DNA from: Lama guanicoe | Taxonomy: Eukaryota | NCBI GenBank assembly: GCA_013239625.1 | Contig: MU053588.1 | Location: 3,190,799-3,254,798, forward strand | Direction of reading: 5' to 3' | DNA: 64,000 bases | Shown here: positions 31,150 through 53,400 of the stretch, piece after piece | How the letters are laid out: each line of letters starts with the position of its first letter | Numbering within the stretch: the first letter of the stretch is position 1 | The notes under the pieces: generated by a model | What the model saw: only the letters and a program-made list of their open reading frames with translations | The model's database searches: none | What the model was told of the DNA's origin: nothing | Made by a program: the position numbers and the translations under genes

Positions 31150-32000
31150 CTCCCCCCACCACGTGAATGGCGCGCGCGCGCGCGCGCGCACACACACACA
31201 GGCGTGGGCGCGCAGGTGGTCCCCTTCCGCACTTTACTCGCCCTATAGCAAATGGTTTCTTCCCCCGCTTAATTTTCCCCGTCTTCTCTTGGCCTTTCAG
31301 GTAGTTCGCTCCTCCCCGTGACGCCGGTAGGGTGGTTTCTTCCTCCTCCCCTCCACGGGTACTGGACGGTCTCGCCTCCCCCATACCCCAGGTGCCGGGA
31401 TGCGCTAGCTGCAGCCGCGGCCGGAGAGTGAGCGGCCCGGGCAGGAAGCGCCGGGCGAGCCCACTGCGCGGCCGCCGTAGGGGAAGCACGGCTTCCCAAT
31501 TCCACCTCCCCTCCTCCTAAGTGAAGGTTTCCGCCCCAGGAGAGGAGGCGGCGCCCGGTATCGGCCGTCACCCTCGGCTGGATTGCAGGCTTCGGGACCG
31601 TCCATTGTTGCCTGAGGGTGGGCGTGGCGGCGCCACCTCCTCCGGAAACACTCTTGGGCCCACTGTGCTCGCTCATCCTGCAGGAGCTGCGGCGCCAAGA
31701 TGAGCGGAGAGGAGAACCCAGCCAGCAAACCGACGCCGGTGCAGGACGTGCAGGGAGACGGGCGCTGGATGTCCCTGGTGAGCGACCCCTCCCGCAAAAC
31801 TCTGGAGTCCGGGGCGGGGACGGGGGGCGGAGTGGGTGAGGCTCTGGAGAGCTGCTGGTTCACGCCACTCTCACTCCGTGATTAGGAAACTGAGGGCAGC
31901 TGGGGTGGTGCTGCCTAAGGAAGCGGGGCAGGTCAGGCCCAGCAGCGCGCGTGCCATTGACTCCCCCTTTACGTCCCCAAAGCACCATCGGTTCGTAGCC
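31150..32000. promoter_or_regulatory. PAFAH1B3 CpG-island promoter (head-to-head with PRR19)
   Basis: CpG-dense region upstream of the PAFAH1B3 ATG (31700). An acceptor cctgcag at 31683 implies an upstream non-coding exon. Confidence 0.7.
31170..31200. repeat. (GC)n(AC)n alternating purine-pyrimidine microsatellite
   Basis: Uninterrupted (gc)n run followed directly by an (ac)n run. Confidence 0.9.
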
Positions 32001-33820
32001 GACAGCAAAGATAAGGAACCCGAAGTCGTCTTCATCGGGGACTCCTTGGTCCAGCTAATGCACCAATGCGAGGTGAGACCAGTCCCCCTCCTTCTGCCCC
32101 ACCCAGGCCTGTGCCCTCACTGACACACCTGGACCGGATCTCAGGCCAGGCGGTGTATGGCGTACGCGAAATAAACTCAGGTAGCCGTAGGGCACTCAGA
32201 GTCTCAGTGTAAGGTGCCACATTCTGCTGAGAAGGAAGTGTGTGTCCTGGCTTTGTCACATTGGGTTTGTGTATTGTGAGGCTTTAAATGAAGCTTTTTT
32301 GTAAGATTGCCTAAGATGAGACTCTTTGTTTGCTTAAACTAGTAGTGCACAGCCTTAATGGATTTCCGCAAGGCTATAGCTGTTTCCACAAAGTGGAGGT
32401 TACTGTAATAGCTCTCCACTAGGGAGGCTCAATTATGGTATCTTTCCACAAAGTGAGGTTAAACCATGGATTCCCTCAAAGTGAGGTTCAACTGGAATAT
32501 TGTTGGTTCGATGCATGGCTCAAGCAGAATGGGTTTCCATAAAGGGAGTCTTGCTTCTATGGGTTTTCGTGAAAGTGAGATTATAATGGGTTTGCATAAA
32601 GTTAGGTTTGACCATATTGGGGTTTGCTCAAGGTGAGATTTAACCAGACTGCTTCCGTAAAGCAAGGGTCTTTCCATGATGACATTTGGTCAACACTTGG
32701 ACAGAGGTGGTTGTCTATGCTGACGATGCCCCTGTGCCCACGGCACTTCTTGCCCACAGATCTGGCGGGAGCTCTTTTCGCCTCTGCACGCACTTAACTT
32801 TGGCATTGGCGGTGACAACACGCAGCACGTGCTGTGGCGTCTGGAGAATGGGGAGCTGGAACACATCCGGCCCAAGGTGAGCAGGGCTTGGGTGGGCAGC
32901 TAGAGCACCGTTAGCCTGCTGCCTCACCACTGCTTCATGCGTCACTTTCCACAGATTGTGGTGGTCTGGGTGGGTACCAACAACCACGGGCACACTGCAG
33001 AGCAGGTGACTGGAGGCATCAAGGCCATTGTGCAACTGGTGAATGAGCGGCAGCCCCAGGCCCGGGTCGTCGTGCTGGTGAGAGAGTGGGATGGTGGGGG
33101 AGGAAGAAAGGCAGTGGTCTGGGACCCTTTGAGGTGTAGCCACAGCTCCACAATTCTGAGCATCTTGGCACGGAGCAGTGGCCTTCAGGCAGAATCTCAC
33201 GTCGGCACTTGCTACACCCATCAGAGTGGCTGTGGTTAAAAGGACACATTTAGGGACTAATTAGCCCATTTTGCCCAAGGGAAAAACTCAAAATACTTAA
33301 ATAGCCAAAAGTTGTCAGGCGTTCTCAGGGCAAATCTAGACTTCATCACTTCTAGAAGGTTCTTGCTGAATGAGATCTCAGACCTGGTTTCAGGAAGTAC
33401 GTTTCTAAACCCCGGTTTTTCATCCCTGGTGTATTCTACAGCTGGGGGGTGGAAAACAGTTTGGCACAGAGAACAGGATACCCAAATGCTGGTAGGCAGC
33501 CTCCTTACAATGCTTGGTACCTTCTCCAGGGCCTACTTCCTCGGGGCCAGCACCCCAACCCACTTCGTGAGAAAAACCGACGGGTGAATGAGCTGGTACG
33601 GGCAGCATTGGCTGGCAACCCTCGGGCCCACTTCCTGGATGCAGACCCTGGCTTTGTGCACTCAGATGGCACCATAAGCCACCATGACATGTATGATTAC
33701 CTGCATCTGAGCCGCCTGGGCTACACACCTGTTTGCCGGGCCCTGCACTCCCTGCTTCAGCGTCTGCTGGCCCAAGACCAGGGCCAGGGTGGTGTCCCCT
33801 TGCCAGAGCCCACACCCTAA
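31700..33820 (+). CDS. PAFAH1B3: Platelet-activating factor acetylhydrolase IB subunit alpha1/gamma (SGNH hydrolase), 232 aa
   Basis: Exons 31700-31777, 31983-32072, 32760-32876, 32955-33077, 33530-33820 (699 nt). N-terminus MSGEENPASKPTPVQDVQGDGRW, with GDSL nucleophile, GTNN and DYLH catalytic motifs intact. Confidence 0.97.
32285..32680. repeat. Degenerate ~30-bp tandem array in a PAFAH1B3 intron
   Basis: Recurring core tttccacaaagtgaggtt at roughly 30-bp spacing, about 9-12 copies. Confidence 0.65.
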
Positions 33821-33839
33821 GCATCTGCCTTCCTGCAAC

Positions 33840-33845
33840 ATTAAA
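33840..33845 (+). terminator. PAFAH1B3 polyadenylation signal ATTAAA
   Basis: attaaa 20 nt after the stop codon. Confidence 0.7.
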
Positions 33846-34704
33846 TTTTCATTCTTCAGTCTCCAATTTTCTGCTCTATGGTCAAGCCTGTCTGGGTACC
33901 TCAACCTCAACGCTTATGTCTGTGACCCTGCAGCTATGTCCAAGGCAGGCCTCACCAATCCATCAACAGTCAGATTTCTACTATCACAGTAGTGCTGCAG
34001 GCAGGCAGTACCAATGAGTAGAACACTAGGTGAAACTAGTTTGCCAACACAACCCTACAGGATCAAGGTCAAGCAAGAATTCTGGGTGATTCAATAGTCA
34101 AAGCCCACCCAAATCTGCCCTCCAGTCTGCACATGCTCTTTCCCCTGGCTGGAACTTGACGGTATTCTGGTCCTGGCTTAGATGTGACTTCTTGTGGAAG
34201 CTTCCTGACCTTCCCACCCCCAGCAGTCATCCCTCTACACAGGGTATGGTTATCGTTCTCCCAAGAGCATGTCCACAGGCTGTGATAGACAGGCAGAAAG
34301 CAGGAGAGCTTCCTCTGGCCTGGCTGCAGTGCCAGCTCAGGCCACGTGGGGGCAGCAAGAGTCACCGAGGACAGCGCAGTTCTCATGGCCAACTGGCCTC
34401 CCCCACCCACTGCCACCTCTGGCTCAGACCTATCAGGTCCAACTGGACTGTCAAAGATGAACTGCCCTTCTTGCAGCACCACATCTCAGGCCCTCGCCCA
34501 GCCCACGCAGGTTGGATGGCTGAGAAAGGATCATGACTGCTGACCATATCCTTCTGCGGTAGGGAGAGGATGGTCCTGGAATTCCTTCCCTCATCTTGGG
34601 TTGGGGGAGCAGTATGTAACTCCATGGCCATCCGGGGAACCAACTGGTATAACCAACATCCCTTCTCCCTTTAGAACGGACAGCTACACAGGTGTGTTAA
34701 ACAG

Positions 34705-34710
34705 CTTTAA
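34705..34710 (-). terminator. CIC distal polyadenylation signal ATTAAA
   Basis: tttaat on + at the end of a UTR-like block; a proximal AATAAA lies at 35223-35228. Confidence 0.6.
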
Positions 34711-35327
34711 TCTCGGTCATTGCGGCTTCTCGGCACAGTAAGAAATATTGCACATGATCAACATGTTTTGTTCTGGGGATGGGGATGAGGGGATGAGGGG
34801 AGGGGAAAATCACCTTCTTAGAAAGTACAACCCAAGTTGGGAGGGCAGAGGGGGTGAGGAGAGAACCCTCTCCATGCCTGTGGCAAAGTGCAGGAGCCCC
34901 CACCCCCAAACTAACCTGAGTCCAGCCCCTCTGGGGAAAAAAGGGGTACATGAACTCCCCCTACTCCACAGGCGCCTCCCTGTGGCCTGAGGCCTGCACA
35001 ACCCTCCAGCTTGCAGCCCTCACACGAGCCATTTTGCATAAAGTACAAGTGAAAAGGTCTGAAGGTAACACACTCCAGGTTATGTACAGGGGCTCGGTGG
35101 AGGGAGACTGTGCCCCTGCTTCCCCTCAGCTGCCCCCCATCACAGGGAGGGAGCTGTGGGGAGAAGGGGTAGACAAGAGGAGCAGGCCTCATTCCGCCCC
35201 AAACTGGAAAGGACGAAATGGCTTTATTGGGGAGGAGGTAACCATCCTGCCCCCCAATTCCTGCCACCTACATACTGTCCATGTCCTGAGGGGGATACTG
35301 TGGGTCTGGGATCTTCTCAGGGGGCCC

Positions 35328-45733
<10,406 letters not shown>

Positions 45734-46308
45734 GGTCCGGCGCGGGGGGGACCTGGACGGGGCTCTCGCCTCCTCAGCGGCCGCCGCCGTTCCGCCCGCC
45801 GCCGGCTCCTCGGCAGTCGCGGCTCGGGCCCGGGGGGAGCTGGAGGCCGTCGCCGCATGCCCCCCCCCGCCACCCCCCCTCCGGCCGCCCCACGCGGGGG
45901 TCTCTGCCGGGCGCGCCTGCGCACAGCACCGCCTGCACCGGCCCCGCCCCGCCCCCCGGCGCGCGCGGGGGCCGTCACGGGGCGCGCGGCACCGGGGCCA
46001 TCGGCGCCGCCCCCTCCCTCTCCCTCCTCCGGCGAGGAGCCGGGCGGGCGGGGCAGGCGGGGCGGGGCGCGGCGCGCGTGCGCGCGGGCGGCCCCCTCCC
46101 TTCCCCGATCGCTGGCTCGCTCCCTCCCTCGCAGCTCCGGCGGGTAACGGCTCTGGCCCCGTGCGCCCCGGCTGCCGACGCCGCGCCCCGCCTTTCCGGG
46201 CCGGGGCCCGCGGCTCAGCGCCGAGTCGACGTCCGGCCCCGAGCGGGCAGACGGACCAGCGTGCGTGCGTCCGTGCGCTCCGAGAGAGCCCCGCGCCGAA
46301 CCACCGCC

Positions 46309-46380
46309 NNNNNNNNNNNNNNNNNNNNNNNNNNNNNNNNNNNNNNNNNNNNNNNNNNNNNNNNNNNNNNNNNNNNNNNN
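46309..46380. other. Assembly gap (72 N)
   Basis: Run of N inside the CIC-S CpG island; true length unknown. Confidence 1.
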
Positions 46381-46955
46381 CACCGCACCTCCCCCCGCCC
46401 CTTCCCCGCTTCCCCCGCGGCCTTCCGCGCAAGCCCGGCCCACTGCGCGCGAGCCCATTGGCTACCGTCGCCGCGCGCGGGTCAGGCCCCGCCGCGCCCG
46501 CCCCCATTGGCCGCCCCGGGGGAACGTCAGTCATATGCAAATAAGGGCAGGGCGGGGCGGGCTCTGGTTGGCCCCAAGCCGGCCCGGGGCGGGACCGCGG
46601 GAGGAGGGCGGCAGGGAGGGCGCACTGCAGTAAAGGCACTGAGCCAGGGGGGCGGTTCGGGGCACTGCGCTGCGGAGGCACCGAGGATGTGTGTGGTGCT
46701 CCTGTGTGTCCAGTCCGCGCGAGGAACACGCTCGCGCGCGGCTCGGCCCACCTCCCTCACGCCCACCTGGGCATGCACAGCGCCGCAGGGGAGACGAACT
46801 GCGCCTAGGGGTGGACGAGCCACCCCTGAACCCTCATCAACTTTCACAACAGCAGTCACACACTCCTCATGGGCAGACTTTCCTACCACACCCATTATCT
46901 CATACACACCCCACAGTCACATTTACTCTCCGTCTCAATGCTCACACACGAAGTC

Positions 46956-47091
46956 ACACACCTGGAACACCTGCTCACATAAATGTACTACCTCCCCCAC
47001 TAACCGCCCATCACCCCTCAGCTACACACCTGGAACATCTGCTCACATAAATGTACTACCTCCCACACTAACCGTCCATCACTCCTCAGCC
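46956..47091. repeat. Two-copy 68-bp tandem duplication
   Basis: acacacctggaacacctgctcacataaatgtactacctcccccactaaccgcccatcacccctcagc repeated from 47024 with about 4 substitutions. Confidence 0.9.
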
Positions 47092-49149
47092 ACCATCACA
47101 CACACTCATTCTCACCCATCCTCTTCACATCACCCATTTCATACATGGCAGGTCATAGATGCTTCACCAACGCACATCCTAATCACGCATCCACCAGCCC
47201 CACGTGAATCATCATACAAACACACAACATATCAAACAGGCAGAATTATCTCACACACCTCATCACAGCCACACACTCATGGCCTTCCTGTCGCCCCTCC
47301 AACCCCCACAGAGGAAACTCTCATAAAAGCCATTGTACTGACCCCATACACTATATAAACTTACCCTGGTGAGCACTGACTACTTCAGTACCCTGGCTTA
47401 TCAGGTATACAGAGTGCCCTGGCCATTCCCATCAATCAGCTACCCTGCCTCACACTTAGCAGCCACCTGGGACCCTCCACCTCACAGTGGAAGGCAGGGG
47501 ACCACCACTTTAGGCTGGGAGCCACCCTTCCCATAAGAGGGCCAAGAGGAAGAAAGGAAACTTAACACTGGGGCTGCTATGTGCTAGGAGCTTGTAATGT
47601 ATTATCCTGTTCATTGAATCCTCACAGCCACTAAGGAGGTACACTTTATTATGCCCATTGTTCAGATGAAACAAATGAGGCTCAGAGAAATTGAATAAAT
47701 TGTGCAAGATCATGCAGCCAGGATGTAACAGCCCAGTGCTTCAATTCAAGTGCTCTTTCCACTACTGAAAATTTAACCTCAGGGTGGATACAGCTGAGAC
47801 TCCCAACAGAGGAACGGGAATATGTTCAGATACAATACCAGAGAGACTGGTGAACTACAGAAAGGTCAGAGGGCATACAGGGAGACACAGGCAAGGTCTG
47901 GGGCCCACTACGTAGAGAGGCAGAGGCCTTGGATCACCCAAGAGGGGCCCTGAGGCCACATCCAGTAAAGGCAGAGGCCTGGGGTCATACCTGGGTAGGT
48001 AAAGGTTGCACATGCTCAAAGGGACCAAGACTGAGCTACACAGGCAGGGGTCAGTGACAGGCACAGACAAATCCTTTCCCAGCCTGCTGTATCCACAGAC
48101 AGAGCTGAAGGAATGGGGAAGGGGCAAAATACAGGTAACCTGAGCCCAGAGGGAAAAAGGAGGTCTGTAGCCCTCTGACCTCCAGAGACTGCCGGGCCAG
48201 ACACTTGGCTGTGAGCCTGGAGGGACCACCGGGGGGACTATTAGGTGGCTGCTCCCTCCTCCCTATGCAGCCCCAGACTCAGACCCTCCATTACCTCACT
48301 GCCCCAGGGACTGCAATATGAAGCAAAAATCAACGCTGAAATCAATGTGGCCGCTATCTTCCCACCGCTGCCCCCTCCCCTCCCCACCAGTGACTCACCT
48401 ACTGGCAAGTTAACCCCTTCCCCAGGCACTGCAGCCCAGGGACTGAGCTCAGAGGAACCCTGCCCCCAGCTCCCTCCCTTCTACTGAGTGAGAAAAAGAG
48501 CTAGGTTTGGCACAGTAGGGAAAGAGGGCCTCATACATCTGGGAGGGTTGCACATCTGGTAGAAGACAGTGCCCACATAGGAGGGATGGGAAGAGGCCCC
48601 TTACAGGGTAGGGTACAGGCAAGTGGGGGCCCAGCCTGGCAGGGAGGGGCCGGAATCCGGGTGGGAAGGGCCCCCCTGCCCTGGGCACTGGGCCAGCCCT
48701 ATACTTAGCTTCCATTGTTCAGAGTAGAGGAACCCTGGGTAGGAGTGAGTAGGAGTGGAAAAGAGAGAGCAGGTCCTGTCCCCTGACAGTTCCATCTCTC
48801 CACGCATCCCCAACCCTAACTGGGGCCTACCTAGTTGGAAAAGGTTGAGGGGATTCCTCAAATCAGGGCCCCTGCCCCATCTGAGAGGGGGTGCAACACC
48901 ATCCTTCAATCAGAGCAGGTACCAGGCAGAACTATAGTGCATCCCCTCTACCCCTGGCACTACCCCATGACCAACTCCACAAAAGGTCTGACCCTTAACA
49001 GTCTCCACAGCACCACCCCACCCCAACCTCGGGACAGGGAGCACAAATGGAGACAGCAACTGCTACCCAGAGTGGCACAGGCTGAGGCCTGCCCAGAGGC
49101 CTGGGGCGCGCAGCCAGGGATGCTGACAGACTGAAGGACAGGCAGACAC

Positions 49150-50480
49150 GCTCTGAACCTGGGTGAGCCCGGGTTTATTGAGCCCGAGAGGCACCGCGCC
49201 TTGCCGCCTGCGGCTCCCCACCCTGCTCTCTCCAGGCCCGGGTCCCCGCCTCGGCTCACCACCCCGGTGTCCCTAGCTCCCCTCACCAGCTCTCCACATA
49301 CACACCCACCCACCCACCCCAGGCGGCTTCGGCGACGGCCAGGGTTGCCTGGGGAACGAGCCCAGGATTGGGCTGGTGCTGCTCGGGAGGGATGGGGGCC
49401 TAAAAATAGCGCCGGGGTGAGTCAGTGTGAGTGGGGCTGGGGTAGGCAGGGGGACCAGAAGGGAAAGAGAGGCAGGCAAAATGTGGGGGAGGATCCCCAG
49501 GGATTGGGAGATGAGCGGGATAGGACAGAGGGCGGGATGTGGATTTGGGGGCAGAAAAGGGGGGATGAAGGGGCGCGTACAGGCGCCGGGGCTGGAGGGG
49601 CTGGTCCGCGCCGGCCGAGGGAGGCGCCACTGCCTGGGCGGAGGAGGGGGCGCCGCCCTGCGTTCTCCTCCCCAACCCCGCGCTCACGAGATTTTCCACT
49701 CGCCGCCTGGCCCCCAGCCAGCCCCCGGCGGGCCCCACAAAGCCGCTTTGTGCTGGGAGGGCGGGCGGGCGCCCGGTCGGCCTGACACCCACGCGGGCCG
49801 CGGCGGGGCGCGGGCCAGCTGGCACCCGAACTGTCTGCAGGGGGGCTCCACCCAGTCCGAGGACGCGGCAGGGCAGGGGTTAATGGCGCAGGGGCCGGGG
49901 GGAGTGGTTTTCGGCCAATCGGCACCAGCGGGCGCGACAGCGGCCAATGGGAAGGACGGAGGCAGGACGCCCGGAGCCTACCCCCTGGGGCGCGGGAGTA
50001 GGCGCGGCCCTTACTGGGTGCAGGTCTGGATTCACAAAGCCCCCGATGCACCCTGCTTCCCCGGCTGCTTCACAAGAAACAGGCTCAGAGAGGGGGAAGC
50101 ATCTAGCAATCAGGTGGTGGCACGGTCGGGATTTGAGCCCAGGTCTGCCTGGCTTCACAATCAGCTTTTCCACCGAAAAGGGGAGACGGGGGTTCCCTGG
50201 CTCAGGCCCCCATGGGGAGCGGGAATAGGGGACCGGGTGCGGGCGGAGGAGGCGGCGCGGCGGGCTAGAGTCCAGCCGCCTGTGGTGCAGCCGCTGCCGC
50301 CGGTGGTAATGGGAGCCAGACGCCGTCGTCGCCGCTAATGCGCCTCCCTCCCGGCCACTAATGGAGCCATTAATGCCGAGGCGCCGGGGGCTGCGGGCCA
50401 CACACACCACTACACTGCTGCGCATGCGCGCGATATCAGCCCCGGCCACCCGCCGCCGCCAGGAGGCAGTCTGACCCCTC
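49150..50480. promoter_or_regulatory. Intronic CpG island in CIC between the CIC-L and CIC-S first coding exons (candidate alternative promoter/enhancer)
   Basis: CpG-dense, with NRF1 palindrome tgcgcatgcgc (50419-50429), CCAAT boxes (about 49915 and 49944) and GC boxes. Confidence 0.6.
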
Positions 50481-53400
50481 GCAGCGCCTGGTGTTGGATG
50501 GCTCTTCCAAGAAGTCTCCAAGACTCATGACTCCTGCTACCTCAGAAAAGCCTCTGATCTCCTCTCTCCCGCAAATCATCCTCTTTTTCCTAACTTAGAT
50601 CTCCTTCCTTCTCAGGGATCTTTGACATCCTGATGCAACCCCTTCCCTCTGCTCTAAACCCTTTCTTGGCTCTCCACAGGCTGACATTCAAGCATAGCCT
50701 GGCTGGATCACGGCACCCTTGGCACCCTTCCGCCAAGCCTAGGCTCGTGTCAGCTCCAGCCTCAACTAGCTACACAGAGGTCATGCACTTTCACTCCTCC
50801 TGGCCTTTGCTCCTGTGGCTGCCTTGGCCTGGATAGCCCTTCTCTTTCTTTTACTACCCTGAAATCCACTCATTCCTCCTGCTTCAGCTGAGATGTCACC
50901 TTCAGTGAGGCACCTACCTGAACCTCCTTCGTTGTCTCGCATTAAGCCACAGAGTTGTCTCTCCCCTCTGGCCTCCCCAGAATCTGTACCTCCCTCTGCT
51001 CATCTTTGCCTGTGCCTGCGTCCACATTGCCTTCCCCACCCACTTTCCCCAGGGTTGCTCAGCCCGGGCCTGGTGGAGAGATGAGGAGGGACTTCTGGTG
51101 GGAGAGATGGGGTTCATTGTTTGAGACAAAATGGAAATTCTGGTGGGCAGAATCTGGATCTGGATTTAGGGAGTCAGGAGGCCCTCAGCTCCTCTTTGGG
51201 CTTCATTTTCCTAACCCCTCCTAAGTATAGTTGGTGAGTACTGCCTGGCCTCTGAGGTCCTACTGGTTAGGGTGGACTACACATAGAACTCAGTTAAATG
51301 GAGTTGGCACCAAAGTGTCTCCCAAAAGGCGGTGAGTGTGGGGGTGGTAGGGGTGATCTGGGTCATGCCCTCTAGCAGGTGGGTGGGCACAGGAGCTGCT
51401 TTCCTGCTGCTCCCCCACAGCCGGATCTCCTAGCTTGTCCCAAACAGCCCCCGCCTTCCTGCCTGTCTTGGGAACAGGTGCTTGGATGTTGAAGGGTCGT
51501 AGGATGGTTCCTGACACCTCTCGGCAGGTTTCAGGGACAGTAGTGGGCAGTTAATTTGTCAAGGAATGAGATGGGGATCCCAGGCCTAGACATTCTCCCA
51601 ACACTCCCCAAAAAGGGAGAAGGAGACATGGTGCTTAGCAACTATCCACTGCCTTAAAGGAACAGAGCACCTGATGTGCAGAGAGTAGGGGTGAGGGCTA
51701 GGATGGGGGCACAATATCTGCCTAAAGAATGGGAGAAGAAGGGCCAGAGGAGAGGCCAAGTCTGGCCCAGAGGCACAGGATCCTAAGATGGGGAGCCAAA
51801 ACAAAAAGAGGGTGGGATGAAAGCTCAGGCAAGAACTGATGTCCAAGGAGGGACAAACCAAGAAAGATACAGAGAGCAAGACTCAAGAGAAAGTCAAAAG
51901 TCCACAGAGAGACTCAGGCCCAGAAATAGAGACCTAGACAGAGACAGACATATGGATTCAAGGGAAAGACAGACAGTGGCTCAAACAGGCAAACAAGCAG
52001 ACAGGTCCAGGAGAAAGAGCACTGCCTGTCAATACAGGGAAAACAAGCAGAAGCTGGGAAGTGGAAAGGAGGCCATGCCAGGGACAGGGCTGAGACATCT
52101 GGCCTCATGGGCTGGGGCTGCAGGCCCAGGGGCAGCTTCCTCTCCTGGGGAGCAGGCGGGAAGAGTCAGAGGGAGGTGGCAATGGCAGCTGGCTGGCCCG
52201 GCCATGTGCAGAATGTGGAGAATGCCGGCCCGCCTGCCCCAGCAAGTCCCCCAGCGGAAGCAAATGCCTGGCTTGGGGCAGAAGCAGGCAGGCTGCCCCG
52301 GGCCACCCCCTCACACCTGCTGCCCTGAGTGAGGGTCAGGCCCTGGCAAGGGTGGGCAGAAGGGCCCAGGACTACAGCCTCACTATGCCACTGGGCATGG
52401 TCTGCCCTGTCTGGGCCTCAGAGGGAGAAGGCCCCAAGGTAACTACCTCCCAAGGGTTTAGGGAGGCCTCAGAGAAGAACAAAAGGGCCTGCTGGCTGGG
52501 AACCTGAGGGCAGCCTGGATAACTCAGCATGGGTGTTGTCAGGGAGGTGCTGCTCAGAACCGCCAAGACAGGCACTGGACAAGTTCTGACGACCAGGTGG
52601 CTTCCAGAAAGGGGCCTCCCCTCCCTGAACCTACTTCAGTTCCCCCTTCCTCTGACAACAGGGCTGGTAATCCCTATTTCGTATTATCAGGAGGTTTTGA
52701 TGCGATGGCCCCACACCTGAGGCTGAGTACATGCTAAATGCTCAAATAAAGCAGGTTACTATTATTGTTACTATTATTACTGAGAGTGCTTAAGAGCTTG
52801 GGCTCTGGAGCCAGACAGCCTGGTTCTCCCTCTTCCTAGCTGGGTGACCTTGGGCAAGTCACTTTGCCTCTAGGGCTGCAGTTTCCTACTCTGTCCACTG
52901 GAACTAATAATCATGCTGACCTCCTGGGGTATTATGGGGATTCAGTGAGTAAAGGCTCCGTCAGCGCTTACTGAGCAGGGTGCCAGGCACATGCATGGGT
53001 GGTACTTAATAAATTATGATTACTGTAACTTCCAGTAGAGAGAGTCCTGTGATCTAGGGATCAAGAGACCTGGTTCAAGGACCAGTCTTGCCCCCCCCTG
53101 GCTCGGTAACCTCAATCAGGACTCTTCTTCTGTTAGGGCCTCACTTTTCTTCATCTGGGAAATGGTGGCAGGAACCCCTGTGGGGCCACCCCGGTAGGTC
53201 TCAGGTCACCTGCATCAGTGCCATCCCTCCCCACACTGCAGCAGTGACGGTCACGACCAGTGCTATGTATGAGGGCAATGTTGGGGCTAAGGGTGTGTGT
53301 GGGGAGGGGGATGGTTAGAGTCCTTCAGTTTCTTCATCTGTCTAAGGATAGAAATCCCTGCTCTGCCCACTTCTGTGGAATTTTGCTCATATCAACTACA

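Noticed and set aside
32285..32680. Repeat-spacer pattern resembling a CRISPR array
   Set aside because: Eukaryotic intron, degenerate repeats, spacers only about 10-13 nt and no cas genes.
32811..32825. PAFAH1B3 GGDNTQH differing from recalled orthologs
   Set aside because: This position appears variable among recalled homologs and the catalytic motifs are intact; significance cannot be judged without an alignment.
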